This document shows positions 50,001 to 61,795 of a DNA stretch of 64,000 nt, piece after piece. Within the stretch, counting starts at the first letter, position 1. Each line of letters opens with the position of its first letter. A model generated the notes under the pieces. The model was not told the DNA's origin. It was given only the letters and a program-made list of their open reading frames with translations, and did not search any database. The DNA is taken from assembly GCF_009914755.1 (NCBI RefSeq), contig NC_060935.1. One strand, 5' to 3'. Origin of the DNA: the human T2T-CHM13v2.0 reference genome, Homo sapiens. Position numbers and translations under genes: made by a program.

Positions 50001-53000
50001 TTGGCAAGAAGGAAGGGAGGTGTGGTCTTCCCAGAGCAATTTCAACAGAATGGTAGGGGTGGAACTCATTGGTCTCAGATAGGGATATCCGGAATGGAGC
50101 TCAGAGGGGATTTGAACAAGGCCAGGTACTGACGGAAGTTATGCCAGTTTAGCAGTGGAAGGAGAGAAGAAAATGGAAGAGTAGGTACAACAGCTGGCAA
50201 TGTCAAACGAAGGAATCCTCAAGATTGAGGAAACTCGAACAGGTTTCAAGACTGCTGCAAAGGCTTCAGTGCTTTTCAGAGAGGGATACTCTGAGGCAGT
50301 GGTTTTCTGCCTTGGCTGCTCACTGGATCACAGCCAGTCATTGGTAGGGCCAGAATTTAACTAGTGCCTACAGTCACAGGAAAAGATAGCTGCATGAGAA
50401 TGCAGGCAAGTGGTAATGGAAAGAACAAAGAACCCAGAATCAGGATGAGAGAGGCTTAAAGAGGGAGGTGGTGGCACAGAGGACAAAGTTGTAGAATTTT
50501 ATACTTTTGCTTAAAGCAGGTCTTGTCTGTCTTTGTAAATAACTATTTTAGCTCATTGAAAGTAACATAAACATTCATTTATTTATTTTGCTGTAACCAG
50601 AATAAATAGGAGAAGATGTTCTCCGAAATCTGTTCTCAGTCTTCAGATAGACTTATAAACCAGCCTGGTAAAACCTAGAAAATAGTTGCCCAACCACATC
50701 TGTAGGGCATCTGTGGCCTTCCACCCATAGTGCTTGCTGTCTGTTCTTTGAAGAGACTCTGATTCTTTGATCCTGCTTGGAGTGATGGCGGGGGTAGGCC
50801 CTCTTCTGGGAAGCCATAATAATATGGTATCCCCTGCTGAGAGAGCCCACCCTGAGCTTTTCTTTGAAAAGCTTTCTGAGACCAGGAACACGGCAAGCAT
50901 GGAGTCATTGGGAATCATGTATCCAATTGACTCTCACGCATTGCGACATCGAGTTATCCCTTAAAATAGACCTGGAAATAGCTCTGAAAATTATCCAGAG
51001 CTGATGTGACTTGGGAAAAGTATAATTACCCTGAACTTGCTTGATCTTGAAAGTGGCATTTTGTTGGCAGGGCTCGATCTCAAGGAAGAGAGGCAGTTGT
51101 GGCTGGAGGCGGTCAGTTAGGTTGGTGAATGTTCACTGGAGAGGGCTGCCCAGTTGCTTCCCAGATGGTGAGAAAGACCTATTCTATGGGATGCCATAAA
51201 AAGCCATACAAGTGAGGACATCTCAGTCTACGTGGATGTTGATGGTTTGGGGAAGGGAAGAGGGGCAAAGATATAGGTCATGATGTATCCGTTTATTTTA
51301 CTGAATCATTAATTATTCCTGAAAATCTAAAATTAGTCTTGAAATTTTCTCTGCCAGATGAGGCAGGATGACAGAAAAAATAACAAAAACCAGGTTCTTT
51401 CTGTGCACTGCCTACATCATGTCTTTGATTGAGGTCTCAAGACATCACTCTTCTCAAGTTGCTCACCAATGAGTTCAATAAATTTAAAAGCAACTACACC
51501 TGGCTGGTAATGTCAAAGAATGCCTTCTTACCCATTTATTGCCTCTCCTCAAGACCAAATTTCAAGCTCCATAGTGCAGAAAAAAATCTAGATTGACTAT
51601 CTCACTGTGATTGTTTCATTTTTCTGTATGCCTCTCAGGTCGACATTTGTTTAGCCCTCTATGTTTAATGGTGCTGTGCTAAGTATGGTGGCAATGAGAA
51701 AGATGCATCAGACAATGTTAAGGTTGATGTCCCTCTAGTGCTCCGGCTGTACATTGTCTTGAAGGGATGCCTCACCAACTTCAAATTCTATGCCACCCCA
51801 GTCATATGACTTGGCAGCCCCATTCCAGCCCTCACCATAATAGAAAATTGCTTAATTCCAAAATCTCAAACTCTAAAATTTCCCTTTACTAAAACTGCCT
51901 GTTCTACTCTGCAACTCCCAGCCAATCTATTCTTGGTTTTCATGATTTCATGCTTCTCAGGCTCTCCCAAATTCCTAAGCTCATTATCCCAGCCCTCAGT
52001 GATTCCCACTACCATCCCTCACCATGTTGTTTTTTTCCCATGATATCCATAAGCTTAGTCAGGCTGCTGGTGGGCTTAGCTATTCAAATGAGCCCTCTTT
52101 TCCCACAAGGACATTCACTGCTTCCTCGAATTTTTTCTGAGCCTCTTTTTGATTTCCTATCCTCTTCCCCACAGCCACCTCAAGACAACCTTTCTTGACA
52201 CCCTTAACAGGATATGATTTCTCCCTTTTCTGAACTCTCATACCTTGTACTTGTTATGCCCTCATGGTTCTCAGCACTTTCTGATTCAGATAATAGTCGT
52301 GTCTATTTGTGTAGTTTCTCTTCGAGGTCTTTTAGGGTTAAAGTTCTTATTCATCTTTATATTTCAGAGCTTAGCACAGTGCCTGACATCAAAAAGATGC
52401 CCACTGACTGTTTTCTGAATTGAATAGGATGACTTTTCCAAAAAGGAACTTTTAAAAAATAATAGCTTCATCAGGATATCAGCTGCAAAGTTTGGAGGGA
52501 GTAGCTTTACAGAGAAGCATAATAAAATGCACACTGAGAATTATTAGTTTTCTATTGCTGCATAATGGATTAACACAAATTTATCAGCTTAAAACAACAG
52601 ACTTGTATTATGTCATAGTTCTGTAGGTCATAAGCTCAACACAGCTTTGATAGGCTCTCTGCCTATAGTCTCCCTCCTGAACAGGGTAAGTGAGGACATT
52701 GAGGCTGTTTGTCTCTACCCACCTTTTCAAGCAGAATGTCACCTCTTTCTGCAACTTGTCAAGTAGAAAGAGAGGACATTTTAACGTTCCTTTTGCAGAT
52801 GAGAAGTCATAGGTTGAAGTTACTTGGAAATAACTTCCTGCTTATTTTAAGGAGGAATTTTTCTTAAAGTCAAAATTTTTTTTATATTTATCCAAAGATA
52901 AAAGGGGCTGACTTGAGAGGTTGCAAACCCTTTGGATAAAGAGAATTCTGGAAACAGAGCAGAGGTGGATTTATTCAGCCTCTTTCAGACATTCATGCCA

Positions 53001-53017
53001 AGATATTTGTAGAGATA

Positions 53018-53330
53018 GGCCGGGCGCGGTGGCTCACGCCTGTAATCCCAGCACTTTGGGAGGCCGAGGCGGGTGGATCATGAGGTCAGGAGATCGAGAC
53101 CATCCTGGCTAACAAGGTGAAACCCCATCTCTACTAAAAATACAAAAAATTAGCCGGGCGCGGTGGCGGGCGCCTGTAGTCCCAGCTACTCGGGAGGCTG
53201 AGGCAGGAGAATGGCGTGAACCCGGGAAGCGGAGAGCTTGCAGTGAGCCGAGATTGCGCCACTGCAGTCCGCAGTCTGGCCTGGGCGACAGAGCAAGACT
53301 CCGTCTCAAAAAAAAAAAAAAAAAAAAAAA
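53018..53330 (+). mobile_element. AluYb8-lineage element (young)
   Basis: Yb diagnostics: gcagtcc duplication near the 3' end, aacaaggtg, gggtggatcatgagg, gggaagcgg, gagattgcg; CpGs mostly intact; 23-A tail; perfect TSD aagatatttgtagagata. Confidence 0.92.
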
Positions 53331-53818
53331 GATATTTGTAGAGATAATCCCAGCTGGAGTGTCAACTATTTAAGACAAAGAATATCTTGTTAGGGCCATT
53401 GTGGAAAGGTGTTAACATTCTGTCCCCTTGAGTGACCCTGGTGCTCAGGCATGCCTGGCCCCTCCTCTGCTGATCATTAGCTAGGTCATCTTCAGCAAAT
53501 GCAAGCTAACTTGTACTCCCTCGCCCATCAGATGTGGTCTCATAGCCAGGCTGTCATGAAGACCGAGTGTTCATGGATATAAACTTTAAAAGAGTTATGC
53601 CCATGAAAGGCAGTTTTATCATTACCTCTAGCCACACCACCACCTTTGTGTTAACTTTTCTGTTACTGGAGCATCTTGGGATGGACCTCCCGCTACTGGT
53701 TATTGAAAAACTGACAAGTTTTACATTGTGGTATCTCATTTTAGGAGACACCCAGACACATAATACTTTGTTCAATTTTACAGGCCACCTCATATTCACT
53801 GGTTAATTTGGTCTTCTT

Positions 53819-54217
<399 letters not shown>

Positions 54218-54799
54218 TTACAAGTCAAGCCATACTTTGAATGCATAAAGAGAAATGGCTATTTCAAAGAAATGTGGTGAATTTATTCATTCTACTTCTA
54301 AGGTGTTGCCTTTCTTTCCTTCATCATTTGACTCAGTTCTGTCCCAAGAACATGGAGTTACCCAATACATGTCTTGTTGATGAATGATATATTTGGACCA
54401 TGCCATAGTAACAGGTGGGGAATGGCTGGAATCCTGGCAGTCTTGGTTCATCATGGCTCTACCGGAGCTTGAGGTCTGAGACTGTGCAGGGTTACGCAGG
54501 GACCACACAATAGTGTACTAGGTTTCTTAGTTTAAGGGTGCCCACTTTCATTGCTATCAGAAAAAGAGGGTGGTTTTGTTGTTGTTGTTGTTTATGGTGA
54601 CTTACTCAGGAACAGAGAATGAAGTAGTATTTTACTAGATTTTAAAATTTTTCTAAGGATGTTTAATTTCCACGGCTCGCTTCCTTTTTCCCTTCCATTT
54701 AAAAATCTCTAAGGAACATCTACCGCAGAAATGGTGCCTTCCCAAGAATGTCACCTTTGGTCCTGTGTACTTTCAAGTTTCTTTCTTTCTTTCTTTTTA

Positions 54800-55170
54800 A
54801 GCTTCTGTACTGAGGCATACTTCATATATTATAAAAGACACCCACTTAAAATGTGCAATTCAATGGTTTCTAGTCTATTCACAGTTTTAAAATCATCACC
54901 AAAATCTAATTTTAGAAACTTCTATTGAAAGAAATCACATACTCTCTCCCCAACCGTATCCCAAGGCAACCACTAATCCTCTTTCTGTCTTGAAATATCT
55001 GTCTATTCTAAAGGCTTCATTGAAATGGAATCTTACAACCTATGGTCCTTTGTGAATGGCTTTTCCACTTAGCATGATGTTTTCAAGGTTCATTCATGTT
55101 GTATGTAGTATGTGCCAGTACTCTATTCCTTTTTTATGGCCAAATAATATACCATTTAACAGATATGCCA
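54800..55170 (-). mobile_element. Old L1M 3'-end fragment
   Basis: ggcaaccactaatc..ttctgtct, aaatggaatc, tggcttttccacttagcatgatgttttcaaggttcattcatgttgt. Confidence 0.7.
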
Positions 55171-55855
55171 TCCTCTTTCTTTTGATTAATCAGCTTTCAA
55201 TGCTCTGAGCCACCAGATCTCTTACCTATTCTCAGTATTTCCCTCTCTGGGGAGGCCATATCTCTTTCTAGGGGAGATTCAATCTGTGTTTTGCCATAAC
55301 TAGCCCCAACTGCCTTATTGCTTTTCATAATTCTAGTATCTGAAGGGTTTGCACGTCTGTTTATATGGCCTGTTTTTTTCCCTGCTGATTCTCAGTTACA
55401 GGGGCTTGACTCTATATGTTTGCTTTTTCTCTTAGCTATAACATTTTTCTTGTTTGTTTATTTTCTTGAACATAATCTACGGGAATTCTTGCTTATTTAC
55501 AATGAAGATATAGCCCTCTGGGTTTTCTCTGCAGGTTGTCTTCAAGATTACCTGGAGTGTTCCCTGAACTTGATCTTCTGACCCTTCACCACACACATAG
55601 TCTACACAGCAGGATCTCCAGGTCACCAGCTTCAGCAAGACTCCCAAAAATGAAAGCCTTTTTTGGCCCTTGTTTACTTCCCTGGTTTCCTGGTTTCACA
55701 TCATTGGTGGCTCAGCTTATTCCTCATTTTCACTAAGTGGAAATACATATTTAAGATGATTTTGTTTCAAATCCAGCATGTCAGTTGTTTCAGACAGGAG
55801 AGTCATTTAGATATATATAATTCACCATTCTGCATGATGCAGAAATCCTTAGTAA

Positions 55856-56178
<323 letters not shown>

Positions 56179-56573
56179 TCCCATCTTCTTTCTTTGACAT
56201 GTCAGTAGCATCTATTTCATGATTTAAGACAATTGCTTTTCTTGATGTCTTTATGGGTCCGATATTGCCATGCCTTCTTGGTTTTCATTCATAAGATCTT
56301 GTTTCCTTGTATACTTGGACATTTGTATAACCCAACTTTCCTTAGAAGGTTATTTGGGAGAATTGTTTGAGTCTGGGTTTAAGATTCTTTTTTAAGAATT
56401 TGGAGAGAATTTGCATTTGCTTTGACTAGCATTTGAGGGAACTTACAACCTGGGACTTTAAAATAAGTTATCAGCTAAAGATTCCTTGAACTGCACAGGT
56501 AGCGTGAATTAAGACCACAAACCTCCATTAGGTCTTGCAGTTACAAATTCGAAGATCCTTACTCTCCCCGTAG

Positions 56574-56747
56574 GATCTTTACTTTAGAATGACAAGGGAC
56601 ATCGCCCCCAGGATCGGATATCCTAAACCCGTCCTGCTGCATTCTTCCTTCTTCTCTGACCTGCAGGGCATCCAGAACAAAATGAGTGCCAGTGACCCCA
56701 GCTCTTTTATCTTCCTCACCAACATGGCCATGCAGATCAAGACCAAG
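56574..56747 (+). pseudogene. WARS1P1: WARS1-like duplicated exon A: [58 protein letters not shown]
   Basis: ccgtag| acceptor and |gtgagc donor; 174 nt; class I aaRS KMSAS motif; matches recalled Trp[21 protein letters not shown]...QIKTK; the symbol is from recall. Confidence 0.9.
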
Positions 56748-56984
56748 GTGAGCAGTGCCCAGGGCACAGGACAGCCAGTGGGAGTAGAAACATGCCCCGG
56801 GGGGACACACACAAACACACACCATTGCACAGTCCTTTGGGCCCCAGCCACCATAGCGATGCTGAATTCCAGGAGTCCAGGATTCCCAACTATGCTCCCT
56901 GCAGAACTCAAGGCAGCCTTGTCCCTATTCCCAGGTATCACATGAATTTGTTTTGTGTCCTTTCATTTAGCTAACATTTTGAAT

Positions 56985-59966
56985 TTCTTTCTTTCTTTCT
57001 TTCTTTTTTTTTTTTGAGATGGAGTCTCACTCTGTCATCTAGGCTGGAGTGCAGTGGCATGATCTTGGCTTACTGCAACCTCTGCCTTCTGGGTTTAAGT
57101 GAATCTCCTGCCTCAGCCTCCTGAGTAGCTGGGATTACAGGCATGCCCCCCCAGGCCCTGCACCCAGTTAATTTTTGTATTTTTTAGTAGAGACGGGGTT
57201 TCTCCATGTTGACCAGGTTGATCTCGAACTCCTGACCTCAGGTGATCCGCCCGCCTCAGCCTCTCAAAATGCTTGTATTACAGGCATGAGCCACCACGCC
57301 CAGACAATTTTTTTTTCCTTTTCTGCTTTTCTTACCAACGCTGTACTAGAAGCAAAGTCACGACGATGTTCTTAAAGTTATAATTAATGTGGATATTATT
57401 AAACAATGAAAATGAGTTTTGTATATTTCTGATCATCAGCTGTGTTCCAGGGGCTGGACCGGGTGCCTTATTTATGTTATCTCATTTTTAATTCTCACTG
57501 GGAGGTAGCAGGGCTAATCCTTTTAAAGATGAGAGAAGGCCTTCTCTTTTTTTTTTTCTTTTCTTTTTCTTTTCCTTTTTATTTTTTTCTTAAGGAAAGG
57601 GAAGATAAACATCCATTTGCTATTTTTTTTTCAGCCCCGCAGGCCCACCCACCAGCCAGCCTACATGGTGCCAGCCCCTCCTGCAGGGCCTTGCCTGAGC
57701 CTCTCCCATGACTGCTGCTTTCTCTGCCTAGCTTCTGGGCAGTGCCCTGCCAAGATAGAGACCTGTGCCTTTGCCCCAACATTCGTCTGCTCCTTCTACA
57801 CGATCCCAAGTTATCCAGTTAAGAATCTGCTCTGGAATTCTCCTTGGGAGGCTGAGGCAGGAGAGTCACCTGAGCCCCAGAGGTCAAGGCTGCAGTGAGC
57901 GGTGATCGTACCACTGTACTCCAGCTTGGGTGACAGAGAAGAGACCCTGCCTCAAAAAAAAAAAAAAAAGAAAATTTGTATGATCTTTGTATATTAGAGC
58001 TTTCTCAAATGCTCATTGAAAGAATGTTGAAGGAATTGTGCCAATCTTTGCTGACTTTTATTTTTCCCACCTCTTAGCCCTAATTACGCCATGATTATCT
58101 TCAATGATTCCTAAAAGTCATTTCGTTAGTTTTAGAATTTTTCAGCTCCTAAACTTTGCCTGTTTTTAAGCGGAGACCTGCCTGCAGGCCCTTTCTACCT
58201 GTTCACTTTTGGTGGGTTTTGCTTTCCCTTATTGCCTTATTCTCGTGCCTTCTTGTTCTGCTTTCCATGGTGGAGAAGGCAGAAGCCAGTTGGGTTGGGT
58301 GCTGCTTTTCTGTCCCCTGTTAACACCCCACTACCTGTCCCAAAGAGCCAGCTGCCCTCCCTGCCATCTCCTTTCCTCTGAGGATGGCTTACTCATCCTT
58401 TTTCTTTTATTTATTTATTTTTTTAGAAACAGGATCTTGCCCTGTAACCCAGGCTGGAGTGCAGTGGTACAGTCATAGTACACTGTAACCTCGAACTCCT
58501 GGGCTCAAGTGATCCTTCCACCTCACTCTCCTAGGACTTTGGGTGCATGTCACCACACCAGCTAATTCCTTAATTGTTTTTGTAGAGACAGGGGCTCACT
58601 ATGTCTCACTAAGTTGCCCAGGCTGGTCTTGACCTCCTGGCCTCAATCAATCCTCCCACCTCTGCCTCCCAAAGTGCCGAGGCAGGAGGATCTCCCAAAC
58701 TCCTCTCCCAAGTTTCAGTTCAATTAGTGCTTTGGCTTTCCCAACTCTAGTCTCCTGTATCTCTGACGATGGGGGAGCACAAAGCTAATCTGCCCCCCGC
58801 CTCTCCTGCAGTGAGCCCCATGGTAGCTCAGGCTTTGCAGGAAGGAACAATGGTGGGGCTGCCGGCTGTGCACCTTGGCCTTTCTATGGTCCAGAATGTG
58901 ACAGCACTCACACCTTTGACTTCCACACTTGGGCCCCTAGCCAGTTTCCAGGCACAGGATGAGCAGGACTCATGAGTGGTTCTGTGTTCTCTTCTGGTGC
59001 AGATCAGTAAGCATGCATTTTCTGGAGAGAGAGACACCATCGAGGAGCACAGGCACTTTGGGGGCAACTGTGTTGTGGACGTGTCTTTCATGTACTTGAC
59101 CTTCCTCAAGGATGAAGACAAGCTCGAGCAGATGAGGAAGGTGAGCAGGGAGCCCCAAGGACCCAGTCATCCCATTTCCAACCACCCACTCCTGCATATG
59201 GGTCCTGGAAGCTCCAACAGCTGGGCATTAAGGGTTTGTAGGAGCCTTGGGAACTGGTGCCTGGGCCTTAGGAACAGGTGCTCAACTGAAACAAGATGAA
59301 AACTGAGTAGAGGCATTCACGTTTTTTAAACATGTGCTCAGAAACCTCGTGAACAAATCGCAAAAGGGCAGATATAAATTACTATTTATTTAGTAGCCAC
59401 ACAAAACAGTCTCATCTTACTAGTCACCAGAGAAACATAAGTTAACATGATCAAAGCTGAGACAATTCACTATAGAATTACCAGAGTTTTTGTGTTGCCC
59501 TTGACTGTGTTTTCAATGATTGTAAACCAGATGCTTCAAGGCACACCCATGTGAGTGTTCATCCACACAGCCTCAGTGAGCAGTTTGGTACCAGGTACAA
59601 AGAGCCCAAAAATGTTCAGAGCTTTGCCTCAGTTTTCCAAATCTTGGAATTTTTTCCAAGGAAATAATCCTGAATATGTAAAAGCTTTCCACACCAAGAC
59701 ATTAAAATGATAATAGCAAAAAGTTCAAAAGAAACTGTATAACAGAGGAAATGTTAAATTAGAATTGTTACAGGATAGGTTATTATGGGGACATGAACTA
59801 TTTTAAAAGAGTTTTCATATGCAGGGTATGGTGGCACACATCTGTAGTCCCAGCTACTTGGAAGGCTGAGACGGGAGGATCCCTTGAGCTCAGGAGTTCA
59901 AATCCAGCCTGGGCAACATAATGAGACACTCATTTCTTTAACAAAACAAAAAACAAACAAAAAAAA
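56985..59966. mobile_element. Alu elements in the WARS-like introns: ~56985-57303 (-), ~57843-57972 (+, monomer), ~58400-58680 (-, J-like), ~59820-59966 (+, monomer)
   Basis: Alu consensus motifs with poly-A or poly-T tails. Confidence 0.8.
59003..59140 (+). pseudogene. WARS1P1: WARS1-like duplicated exon B: [46 protein letters not shown]
   Basis: gtgcag| acceptor and |gtgagc donor; 138 nt; matches Trp[37 protein letters not shown] with one codon lost. Confidence 0.9.
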
Positions 59967-60574
59967 GACTTTAGTGACACAGGAGAATATGCCTAGGATA
60001 ATGAAAAAAGAACACCAAATGAAAAATGCAGTGAGAGGTTAATTGTTTAAATGAAATGCACAGGGAACGAAATGTAAAGAAAATGTGCCAAATGTTAGCA
60101 GTGGGCCCCACCTCTGGGCACTGGAATTGTAGGTGATTTTTTTCTTCAGTTTGCTGCTGTTTTGTGGTTTGGGTACCTTATTAAATTTGTTTAATGAGCA
60201 TGTACTACAATCAGAAAAAGAAAAACATCAGCAAGATTTTACAGAGGCCATAAGGCTGCCAGGAATTATTGTTGTTTATGCTTGGGGGAGCAGTCCCTAG
60301 CGTCGGTGGAGGTGGGGACTGCCCTCCTCATTGGCCCTTTCACTATGAGAGACCAAGTTATGGCTACTGCCACAGCCAGGTTTCTAGTTGTTTTAAGAAA
60401 AGTGTAGCTGAAGGTACAGCTGTTTGTCATGGTAACAACAGATTTCACTTCTAAGTGCCACTTGCACGCCTGGCTCTGCAAGGGTGGTGTGGGCTGACCT
60501 GGTGTCTGAGGCAGGAAGAAGCCACTTAGGGCATGTGGAGCCATCTCTCACCATGGCTGTCTTTTTGAGGGCAG

Positions 60575-61795
60575 GATGACACCAGCAGAGACATGCTCAC
60601 TGGTGACCTCAAGAAGATGCTCATAGAGGTTCTCCAGCCTGTGATTACAGAGCACCAAGCCCAGTGCAAGGAGGTCATGGACGAGTTAGTGAAAGAGTTC
60701 ACTAACGAATGAGTTCAGTCGTGCTCATTTTATATATGCTTATAAAGAGACGTGATTTATCAATAATCCCAGCCCAATCAAAGTACCGCTACCTGTAGTC
60801 TTCCGTCACATGATCATTACTGGGCTTGGTTTCTCTAAGCCTGTGTATGTTATCAATACTGTTTATTCCTCTGAGTTTCATTATTTCTGTCTCTTGAGGG
60901 CAAAACATTGTGGGTGATTGGTGCTGACATTGCATGGTCAGATAGAGAAGTCCAGCTGTGAATCTCTCCCCCAAAGCAGCCCCAAGGCATGGAGCCTTTG
61001 GCTGGAAGTCCATGGGCCAACCTGTTCTGTCCATAGAAGACTCCTAGGGCTCCCAGTATACTCTTAAAACCCACTCTATTTTAAAATATATATTCTATGT
61101 ATGCATATATGGAAGTGAAATATCATTATTGTAACCTAAAAAGTGCTTTGAAATGTTGATGTGGGGAAGTTTATTGAGCGCAAGATGTATTTCAGCCCAT
61201 GACTCACCACGAAAAAAATTGATAGGTAAAAGCTTTGCTACACATTTGACTAAGAAATCAGCCAGCTTTAAAGCTGCTTTTAATCATAAAGAGTGAACAG
61301 AGTTGGGCAGTTTTTATTAAATTGAGTCTTGGGGGTGAAACTTTCCGGTTTACTTAACTCCAGACCATGCATGTATTCTACTCCGGAAATCATGCTCATT
61401 TCCCTTGACTAGTGTTTTCCCGCCAATGGATCCTAGACCCTCCATCCTGCAGAGTCAGCGGTGTCTTTTCCCCTGACTGTGTCAGATGCTGAGCAGTCAT
61501 TACCTCTGCAAATGTTTCATTTTGACAATTGACCGCAATGGAAGTCAGTACAGAGCAATGCACTGGCTGTGTCCGGGATGGGTGGACGTAGCTAGGAAGA
61601 AAGTCACACAAGCAGCCCTAGAGGCCCTCACTGGTGTCTGGACAGGCTGCATTTAATCACATGCCATGTTCAGGCTTGGAAGAGAAATTCCAAATTTCAG
61701 GGGAGCCCCTGGTCGATATATCTGGGTCTCTCCTCTTGAGCGCTCTGCCTTCCTGCCGCCCCTTGGAGTAAATAAACTTCTTTGGCTCCCGCACG
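60575..61795 (+). pseudogene. WARS1P1: WARS1-like terminal exon C: [45 protein letters not shown] (stop 60710-60712), followed by the 3' UTR
   Basis: gggcag| acceptor; matches [22 protein letters not shown]...IVKEF; the downstream sequence resembles the WARS1 3' UTR and has AATAAA at 61771-61776. Confidence 0.88.

Noticed and set aside
50653-50850. ORF containing MASQKRAYPRHHSK, reminiscent of the myelin basic protein N-terminus, with TASTM nearby in another frame
   Set aside because: The similarity is short, the spacing and frame disagree, and nothing else of MBP follows; treated as chance
56589-56945. 118-aa ORF as a stand-alone or processed WARS gene
   Set aside because: Similarity ends at the GT donor at 56748 and the rest is intron read-through; the copy is unprocessed
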